The notes below the pieces were generated by a model that was not told the DNA's origin, did no database searches, and saw nothing but the letters and a program-made list of their open reading frames with translations. This document shows positions 49,676 to 59,922 of a stretch of DNA of 64,000 bases, in pieces. Position 1 is the stretch's first letter. Every line of letters starts with the position of its first letter. Source of the DNA: Klebsormidium nitens (lineage: Eukaryota; Plantae; Klebsormidiophyceae); assembly GCA_000708835.1 (NCBI GenBank), contig DF237125.1, positions 1 to 64,000 of the forward strand. The letters run 5' to 3'. The position numbers and the translations under genes were made by a program.

Positions 49676-50151
49676 CTTAAGGATCAGATCTTTTGAAGGT
49701 TGCTCATAATCTGGTTATCTGCTTCAGACATTGTTGAAGGCAATCGCTCCTGGCCGGCTTGCTGCCACAAAGCAGAACAGCAAAACAAAAGCCGGGGATA
49801 AAGCACCCTTGAATTGATCTTGGGTCTCTTCGATTACTAAAGCGCGGATTGCTGCATTTGCCTAGCCCTCTAGCTCGAGAGCGCGGCTGTCGCGTCGACG
49901 TCGCGGTCCTCAAACCTCTGCAGAAGGGTTTATCTTCCGAGCGCGCGGGCGGCCGCGAATAATTCGACCAAACCCCGTACCGGGACAGCGCGGCCGCGCG
50001 ACCCAAACCGTGACGTGCGCCTCTTTGGGCTGCTGAGCCTGAGGCTGCTAGCTGCTCAGACTGAGTCCACCCAAGGTCTGCGCAGCCGCTTCCATCATTC
50101 AGACTCTATTCGTAGGCGGCCTTCTGATTTTGTGAAAACCTTGGTACGAAA

Positions 50152-51514
50152 ATGAAGCAGCTTCGGACGTTGCGGGACTTCTTCAAGGGCGACTCGTGCT
50201 TTCTCAAGCTGACGGAAGACATCTTGGTCCAGATCCTAGTTGATGGTCAGCTGTCAGTCAGAGACATCGCCAGGTTTGCTGCATCTGGAAGGTCATGCCG
50301 CAAGTTTGTTAACGGGTCCGCTCGTCTTTGGCTGGAGCTTCTGAGACGGGACTTTCCGAAAGATGAAGTTTCAAATGTGTTCCAGGAACACGTCAGAAGC
50401 CTGCAGGGTTTGTTCAAAAAGAGGTGAGATGCCCTGGGTATGCTTTCACGCTCGGGTAGTACGCTCTATGTCTGTAGATGTCTCCTTAGTTCTATCACCT
50501 TGAATCTAAAATCTATGGGAGAAAGAGTTTCATGAGCTCGACGACTGGATATAAACGTTATTCCTAGCCTATGCGGTTTTCTCAGCATGTGAAACAATCA
50601 ACTCTTCTGAACTTCAAAGTCCAACAACCAGCTTCAGGCAATTGTGCTACAACACGGCTTGGGCGGGGGTCTCAATCCAATTTTGGTCCGCTTTTCCATA
50701 CCTTCCGGCCGGCAGCAGTTTGGGAGCACTTTCTTCTCCTACACCTCTGTAGGTCAGTCCCAAGGATCTGGAACAAGATTTGAGTTCTTCCCTTTTCTTT
50801 GGAACTGGACTTGCGGCGTTCTTGACAGCAACCCTGAGGCTTGAGAGCAAGCTCTTTTACAGTGTCGAGATTTCTCAGTGAGCTCAAAAGACAATTGGCG
50901 TAAGATTATGCAGCTTATTCCGACCTGGGTCGAATCGGAAATGAGGGTCTAACTTTGCATGAGGACATAAAAATCAGTGTCCTGATTGCAGGTTTGCCCC
51001 CAAGGCAGTATACGCTGTCGACACGTATACTGACAGCTGGACCGAAGATCTTGGCGACACATGTGCGGGAGTGTCCTGGCAATTTGTGTGTGCATATAGG
51101 TCCATCGAAGAAGCGAACAAGTGCGCTTCAGAGCTCGAACACAAATTGGATTTGGAGACAACTTCAGGAGGTAATCATTTCTCTGATCAACTTGTGCATA
51201 ACCGAGTTTCAGTAGACGAGGTGCCGTACTTTCCTGGGATGTACTCGGCAGAGTCGTCAGCACTGACGGATAAGAAGTACGTTTTGTACCGCTACCGAGA
51301 CCTAGACCCAAGCGAGGTGGATCTCGACCTTCTGGGAGTGTTCTCGATTTTAGAGGATGCAATCGGTGAAGCAAGAAGGCGTGGGGACGGCAGGAAGAGC
51401 GAAGCGGCGTTTGCTCTAAAGAGAGGTCAACATTTTGACGAGCAGTCAAAGGCTGACTTCCACACAAGGATCGCCGTTGACGAAGTAGAATATCACTATT
51501 CCAACCGAGATTGA
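50152..51514 (+). CDS. F-box protein with the same C-terminal domain, inverted orientation (array copy 6)
   Basis: Exon 1 50152-50423 and exon 2 50992-51514 (FAPKAVYAV..SWQFVCAYRSIEEA..YFPG..YVLYRY..LLGVFSILEDA..GDGRKS..KRGQHFDEQ..RIAVDEV). Frame verified across the junction. Confidence 0.85.
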
Positions 51515-54500
51515 CACTGCATTAAGATCCTTCGATGGTCCTTTCATCCTTTTTTCCTTCGAGTTCGCAGTAGCTTTGTGGCTGCTAGACCGTACCTCGA
51601 GGCTTTCATGCTTGCAGCAGCCTGAGCAATCTGGGGCCTCTTTGAAGTAAACATGATAAGAGCAGTTGTTCATAGCGGTGGTTTTTCAGACCCATTTACA
51701 GAATATGCATGTTGAGGGGAGCAGTCGCAGGGTACAAATGTGTTGGCGTCTGGCGCATAGATGCAACCGAAGTCAACGCTTGAGTCCTGCCTCCTTTTTA
51801 TTTTTGAACATATCCGATTGAAACGGTCCCAAGGTATTACCCTTCAAGTCGTACAAGCTCTTTCGACGCGAGGAAGAAAGTAGAGAATCTGCTATATGCA
51901 ATACCTTGATCAGATCTCCAACGATATCGGAAGTTCCCCGGAAGTTCAAGGAACGTCACGGTGACGCTGCGTTTCTCTCAAGACAGCTTCGCTGTCAGGC
52001 TGCATGATATATACACGATGATGACGTTCCGGATCAGTGCCGTCATACAGAGGATGCAGTTTAGTGGCCGTTAGATACTGTATTTTGGTGGGCTCCATTC
52101 TGATTGTGTGGCCGCTTAATTGAGAGCTCATCGCACGGTGGAGCTCATGGCCCAAACACCATGAAGAGCATCATAAATACTTAGAGTCAAGGCATACAAA
52201 GTCCCTCGCACGAATCTGCAATCTGAAGACCGAATCGCCAGCGAGAATGTAAGAGTGAAACCGGCGCATGCTCTGTCCTATGTTCATGATATTACTCCAG
52301 CTGCCATTCCTGCTGTTCCTGCTTTACCATTCTAGACCCACAGATATGCACAAGAATCTTGACGACCAACAAGCATCGCCTCCTATGTAATGTTATCTTC
52401 ACTACTTCAGCGATCTTTCAGCACTCCTTGAGTCCCCAATGCCGGCGTCACTCAGATCAATTGCCGTCAACCCGAAACTGGTCAACCGATAGTCCTTGAG
52501 CTTGCCCCCGCCGAGCAGCAACGTCAAAAACGGCCATGTTCCTGAATGTTTGAAACGTTAGGCTCTTCTAGCTGATGTGGATTCTGAGCCAGTGGATTCA
52601 GGTGATCAACCCTTTGGCGAGGATGGCAGGGTACATACGCTGCGTGGTGCTATGCCCAGACGCCCCTGGCCCCAGCCTCTAGCACTTTTGCCTACTGCAT
52701 GAAGCACGGTACTGACGCGAAGAGTTACACACAGCAAAACAGACAGCAAAACAGACGAGCTGAGCGGGCCGGGTACATTCAACCTTCAATGTGCAGCGGC
52801 CGAGTTCCAAAAAGTTACACAAAGCAGAACAGAAAAGCTGAGCGGGTACCTTCAGGCTTCAATCTTCAATCTTCAATCTTCAATGTGCAGCCGCGTTCTG
52901 CAAAATTGCCTGCGAAAATCGGATGCGCTTCGATCGAGCTGGCGCCAGAACTAGCGCGCGGGGCCACCGGTCTGACCGGTACTTGGCATGAGACTCATGT
53001 GGCGGTCGAATGTCGACATTCAAACTTTGACCACGTGGCGCGCGCCCGGCCGGTTGTCTACCGAGCGCCATTTTCAGTTTTCAGGTAGGTAGGTACCTGT
53101 ATTACCTCAGGCAGCCTAGGTATCTAGCTTCGAAATCTTACCGGTCGAGATGTTCAGATTGCGGGAGCGTCCGCCAATTGGCAGATCAGGAGCGAGTGAA
53201 ATTCCGGTGTGCATAAAAGTATGTCGACACTTGAGTCCCTATCTATCCTACAGACAAGGGGATCCCGTACCTACGTACCAAGTAGACTCGAGCTTGCACT
53301 ACGGTGTACAATATCAGCAGCAACAGCAACATCAACTGGGATTCTGCATAGGGTCATGGCCACTTACCGGAGAAAGAGAGAATCACAATGACAATCTGTT
53401 TGTTAGATGACTACCAGAGCGTTGGCTAGGCCAACTCGAGTCAGTTAGTGTCGCTTGTGAGCGCACGTCCCTCGCTCACGGCTAGCTAGTCCCTGCCCAG
53501 CTTCGTGTGGGCGCTTGATTTGTTAAGTATCTACAAAGAAAATTGCAGCTTGTCTTCCGAAGAGTACTCCAAAGTTAGCCGATCAGGGTGAGCTTGTCTT
53601 CAGCGGCTGCCAGCGATCAACCAGCAACGTGGATGGGGACGGCCTTGTCAGCTAAATTATATATGAGACTGGAGACGCCCTGTGGATTTGGGGCGGCATG
53701 AGATTTTGGACCTGAGGTTTTCTTCTAAATTTGGAGGGACAAAGCGGCGCTGTTGCCAATACTAGGTAATAACCCGGTCTCTAACTGTTTTTGCAAGACT
53801 TGGCCGCTGTCTTCAATGCTGAAACCTTCCCTCTCACAAAAATGTGTTCTGTTCCGGATTCCCTATGTTTGGTAGTCATCCCGCTCAGAACGTCCGGCGG
53901 ATTACTTGGCTCACACATTTTCCTATGGGTTGCACATGGCTGCTCCTAGTGATTGTGCCTGCACAATCTCTGAATCTGTTCACAAGGTAAAGAGGGGGGC
54001 CAGCAAGGGCTTGATTTCCCGGTTGAATGACAATTAGAATTTTACTGTGATGGGTAACGTTGTATTCTATGTCGGCCACAGCTGGTGGGTTTTAAAGAAA
54101 GCAGCTTGACATGGCAGCGCACGCTTCTAGGACAGAGCAGGCACTGCAGCATACGGCCATGCCTTAAGTAGTCAGCGCAGATTTTGGATGGGTCAGTCTG
54201 CTTTGAGATGGGTTGGCAGATTCGCAAGGCCAGCACCAGGAAGCAACATGCCTTTTGGTGGATCACGATTCACCACTGGAGAGATATCTGTAGGTCAAGG
54301 ACAATGAACACCTCATGAGCTGGTCAACTTCAAACCAGACTGAGGAGCACTTTATGTCTCATTCCGCAATGCTTTATGCCTCCGTACATTAACACACACA
54401 GAAGCGTGTTGTGTTCCTATCACTTTACTAATCAGACGTATCTCGAGGCTAGATTATGGGGTCCGCAGATTTAGGAAGCTGCCCTGGTCTGTACGTTCCT

Positions 54501-54946
54501 GGTGAGGATTTGTTCCAAAGCTTCTGAAATGACCTTAAAAGCTGATCGTATTTTATCCACTTCAGGGACAGTGCCGGTACTACCTACCAAAAAAGCCTCT
54601 GTTTGCCAACGCAGTCATCGTTTTTATTCGCTCGGCACGTAAGCTACTCTAGAGGACAAGCAGAATACAGGAGCAAAGGGAGTGACACCAGGAGACGCTG
54701 CACCCGTTTCAGCCTACCAGCTTTCCGCAACAAAGAAGAGGAAGTCACCAACTTGGTGTTCTTTACCAGACAGGATATTCCAGTCCCTCATAGGGCTTCT
54801 TTCAGATCCTGCTGTAGCATGCTGCGTAGACCTCTGTCCCCAAAGACTTTACCTAAAGCACTGCCGCTCCTCTTGCAGAGACACCGACGGCAAAGGCCCT
54901 TTCTGTGCGACAACCCACAACTATCTGCCGCCAACTGACGCCCCCG

Positions 54947-57900
54947 ATGACGACACAAGGTCACTTGGTCGCCCTTTTCTGGCTGACGTCATTGGTTTTG
55001 CTGTGCCCGGTGGTTGTGTCTCAACCTCAGACGGCCGTAACTCTCTGTTCCGGCCAAGCCGGTGCCTGCGTGGCCCGCAACGGCAACCTTCCCGAGTTCC
55101 CATGGGACGCCCGGTGCGCGTGCTTAACCAAGGTGGTCAACCTAACCCTCGTTGAACAGGGCATCACGCGCCTGCCGGTAACGTGGGCCTCCCCGGGGGC
55201 TTTCCCTGAGCTGCGGCTCCTCAACCTCACCTCCAACAGCATCGCGGAGCTTCCCGTCGGGTGGGGTGCGCCGGGCGCGTTTCCCAAGCTTGCGCAGCTG
55301 TGGGTCAGTTACAACCGGGTGCAAATGCTCCCCATGGAGTGGGGTATTAACGGAGCGTTTCCCACGCTTGTCGAGCTGCGGCTCGGGACAAACGAGATTA
55401 CTTCCCTGCCCGATGCGCCGGCAGGCTCCTTGCCCTTCTTCCCCACGCTTCAGACGTTGACCTTTCCGAGGAACCGGATCACTGGGAGCCTGCCCGCGTC
55501 ATGGGGCCGACGGGGGGCCTTTTCCCAGCTCCAGCAGCTGTACTTGGCTTACAACCGCATTTCGGCGATCCCCGCATCGTGGGGCGTCTCGGGTTCATTT
55601 CCGCAGCTCCTAGATTTGGACCTGGACGACAACGGAATCTCCGCGCTTCCGGAAACCTGGGGTACTGGCGGCGGGTTTCCCAAACTCGAGTCCCTCACAT
55701 TGGACCAAAACCGGATCGCCGCGTTTCCTGCTTCTTGGACAACCAACACCACCGTGACGTTCCCGTCCCTGCAGCTGCTGACGGTGGCTGACAACCAGCT
55801 GACGTCACTGCCCGACAATTGGGGAAGCCCGTCCGCGCTCCGTTCGCTGCAGATACTGTCGCTAGACGGGAACCGCATCGCAGCCCTGCCGAGTGCTTGG
55901 GGGATCCCCCTTCGGTTTCCGCTGCTCGGGGAGCTGTTTCTTTCGCGGAACGCGATCGCAGCGGTGCCCGCCACGTGGACCACTCCGGGCGCGTTCCCGC
56001 TCCTCCAGAACCTCGTGCTGGACAACAACCGGCTGACGGAGGCTCCGGCGGTCAGTTCCGGTGCCACGTGGCGATTCCTGATCTCCCTGTCCCTGAGCGG
56101 AAACCGGATCGCCGAGCTGCCGGCAAGCTGGGGCGCGCGTGGGGTGTTCCTCAGCCTCCTGAATCTAGATTTAGGGAATAACAGCCTAACCCGGCTGCCT
56201 CCCGCTTGGCCCAGCCCAACCGCTTTCGCAAGTTTGTCTAATCTAGACATCTCGGGAGGGCAGCTGGAGAGCTTGCCCGACGCGTGGTTCGCGAACGGCT
56301 CCCTCTCCGATTTGTTCGTTCTCGACGCGTCGGGGAACCGTATCTCTGCGCTCCCGAGCGCGTGGGGGATCCCTGGAAGAGTGTGCAACGTGGTCGACTT
56401 AAATCTGGCGGACAACAAAATCGCCGCACTGCCCCCGAACTGGGGACTGAACGACACGTTCCCCTACCTTTTCAAGTGGAATTTGAGCAACAACCAGATG
56501 GAGGAGCTTCCGGCGTCCTTTAGCGACGGGCGATTTGACATACTGTGGTCCCTGGACTTGGCGGGCAATAGGATTCGCACGTTGCCGACCGAGTGGGGCT
56601 TTGATGGCGCCTTCCGAACGCTAGTTGCGCTCAACGTCAGCCGCAACAACGTCACGAAGATTCCCGATAGCTGGGCGGTTCAAAAGTCGGGGAACCGCTC
56701 CTTCGCGGTGAGATGCTTCTCTCGTTCCCTTTTTTGTTTGAAATTAGCAACCGTTGAATGCGTTCAACAACCTGACACGATCAGCTGAATTTGAATTGGA
56801 TTATGCATGAGCCCTTTCTTCTTCTTTCCGTATGTAGCCCAAGGGAAACATCAGGTCTCCACCGTGAGTTTGGAGCAACCTTTGAACCAGATTTTGACGT
56901 ACGTCGATTCTGACTGGAGCTACTTTACGAAAGATTGTATGCCTAAAGGGACAAGATGTGACGGTAACAAACACGTGTTTTTACGTTTTCGTACGCCTTC
57001 TTTCTTCAAACGCCCTTGAACAAATCAAAGCGGACCAACTTTCGCGCACTCTTTGACCGTCCGCGGCCTTCCCGTCCGCAGATCCTGGACGAGCTCAAGC
57101 TTTCGGACACGCCTGCACTCGCTGGCAGAAAGCTCGAGTCCGTCCTCCCGGGGTTTTGGACCAAGTGCATTGAGTCCGGCGCCTACGGATGCGCCGTCAA
57201 CTTCCTCGGTAGCAACCTGAGCACCCACGTGTCGGCTGACGTCAAGCGCCAAGTCTGCTTCGGCAACATCACGGTTCTCTTCCGCGGTCCGCCGGGATAC
57301 GAGCTTCCCCGGCGACCCAGCAAAGCTGTCGGCGGCGGACTCGTGCCCATCGTCCAGTTTGACGAAATCGATCTGGGCCCCGAGGGGGTCCATTTGACGG
57401 GGCTCCGGTTCCCCCCGCGCCCGGGCAACCTGTGCCGCAACGCGCGCGCCGCGCTCGTGATCGGCCTCATGTGGGGGGGCACCGGAGGGGCCCTTCTGTT
57501 GGGCGTGATCGTCCTGCGCGTGCGGCACGCGTTCAAGTCGTTCGAGGCCCCCGCCTCGGGGGGCGCGCGCGCGCACAGCTGGCACAAGGGCGCGCGCTTG
57601 TTCCTTTTCGGGCTCGGCGGCGCGGCGTGGCACGTGGTCGACTTAGCGCTCGACGCGCGCGTGCTGCGCGACGTGTGGATCCAGCCGCTCGACACGTGGG
57701 TCAAGTGGGTCCTGCTCGCGTTCATCGTTGCGCAATACGCTATCGCGGGGCTGTTCCTCGGGGCGTCGTGGTGGGCCGGCGCGTGGCGCTCGCCGCGCGG
57801 CGCGGCCGCGAAGCCGCGCGCCAACCGGTCACCCGTCGGTTTCCATTGGTGGCTCGTGGCAGATTACACATACTCCCACACAGACGCCCCGGCTTCGGTC

Positions 57901-58374
57901 AGCATTACGCAATTCTGCTGGGCGGTTGCCACGTGGCCGTTCGCGGCCGCGGCCGCGGTTATCTTAGACGCGGCCGCGATCGTCCTCCGGCTTGGCGTGC
58001 ATCCGGTGGTTGGGGGGAAGGTCGTTTCGCTGGACGCGTATGTTGCGGCGCGGGGCCTTATCGAGGAGCTGTTTGAGGCCGTTCCGCAGGCGATTCTGCA
58101 GAGCGCGCTGTATTTGCTCGGCAACTCCGCGGCGACTAACTATTACATCGACGACGCGATCTTCATCCCGTCGCTCGTATGGAGTCTGATGTCGCTTCTA
58201 AAGTGCCTTCTGGGCAAGTATAGGGACGCACTGGCCATAGGCAGTTTCGCCCCCAAAGCAGTGTGGCACGAGCTCAGGAACATGTGCCCCTTGTTTATCG
58301 ACCGTGCTGACGCGCGCGCACAGGAGGCGAACGCTGACGAAGGCGACTCGGAGCTGAAGGATTTATATCCTTGA
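54947..58374 (+). CDS. ~1017-aa membrane protein: signal peptide, ~20 26-aa LRRs, and a multi-pass XK-related-like domain
   Basis: Exon 1 54947-56707, phase-0 intron (GCG|GTGAG ... CCGCAG|ATC), exon 2 57082-58374. The junction completes an LRR (SFAILDELKLSDT). About 6 hydrophobic segments, with motifs VDLALD, IEELFEAVPQAILQ and SLVWSLMSL. Confidence 0.88.
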
Positions 58375-59922
58375 TAGTCTTGCTTGACGGGCTGCTTACG
58401 AATTAGCGGGGGACGTAGTAAATTCAAGGGAGCCTGCATGATTGATGTGCGGTCGACAGAACACGGGAGATGATGCTTGACAGGAAAGTTGACCTATAAG
58501 ATTGCTGGCCTGGTACGAATGAGTGGTTCCAAGTTGAAAAGGCACGAATTGTAAGATGAACGGGGAACAGATGATTGTCGTTGTCAGTGTTGCATAATCC
58601 GATCCCATCCGATCGTTTCTAGTCCATTTTGTTGCGTGAGCAAGTCTTATTCCACACTCTTATCCTCTTCGATCCACATTGTGTTCTTTCTAGCGGATTT
58701 TTTGAGTATGGTGGTCTGTATACAACGTCCTTATTCTCCCGGTCCGATATCTAGCTGGTGCATGGACAATAATATTGGCCGCGCCGACTCTATCGATTGC
58801 AGGCTATCGTATTTTGTAGTATTTAGATTGCTTTAGGCACTGCGAGTAGACCGTCCATCTCAACGCAAGACTTTCTCGGCCTTACAACTACTTTGAATCT
58901 GAGTGTGGCTGTGTTTGTTGGACAAGGGAGTCGGCCGCCGCGCCTATCTGACCGTACTCGGGCCTGCGAGCGCTCTTGCATTTGCAATCGGATCGTTAGG
59001 AGCATTGGATATGATTTGAGGTGCAAGGTATCTCATTATTGGCAGGTACTGTAAATAACCGGGTTTACGTCCATGCAGATCGATTGATCTAGCTCAGTCA
59101 ACAATCTCTAATCGAGCTGACTCATTTGCGCTATATAACTGGCCGCACGTAAGAGCCGCGTAAAATGTCGCGGATCGAATAGATGCAGGCCTGCGACCGG
59201 GTCAGTTATTGCTCCAAATTGCTTTCAGATGAAAATCGTAAAGATGCACATGGCCCATGGTGGTGCATTAATATTAATCGATATTGGCCATTGGCTCTCG
59301 AATCCATCGATCACTAATAAACAAAGCGGTCAATGCTTTGTGATGACCAATCCCCCGCGGCAAGTCGATCATCATACTGCCAGCACTATGCAATCGGCAC
59401 CTAAGGAGTGAGTGACAGGTTGATTACACCACTGATAGATCGGACATACAATTAACTTCATATTTCCGCTCAGTCAAACGTGGGGACGGCCGGGCCGTTG
59501 ATAACACACAGTACTGGCGTGAGATTCGATGAATATCCAATCACGACATTTTCAGATTCGCGACTTACTTTGCAATCACCCTGATGGAAGTTTTATGTAC
59601 ACAGGCGGTCACTCGAAATCTTCTTTCTGATTGACTAGCCGAAGGTCTAATCTACAGTTTTGCTGAACGCCATATGCTCACTAAACAACTGCAACGAAAC
59701 TGGTAAGTCCCCAGCAATTACAAATCTAAGCAAGCACATATTATGCTTCCAGTTCAAACAACTTTGCCTGGCAGCGGTTGGCATGAGTATTGCATGATGC
59801 CCATCTAACTGAGCATTATTCAACGCACCCTACGCTAACTCTCCGCTGCCTTCCGATACACTCAATCGAAATGCAACGATGCGTGCACAGATGCAGGGGA
59901 AGCTTCAATGAGTTCCAATAAC

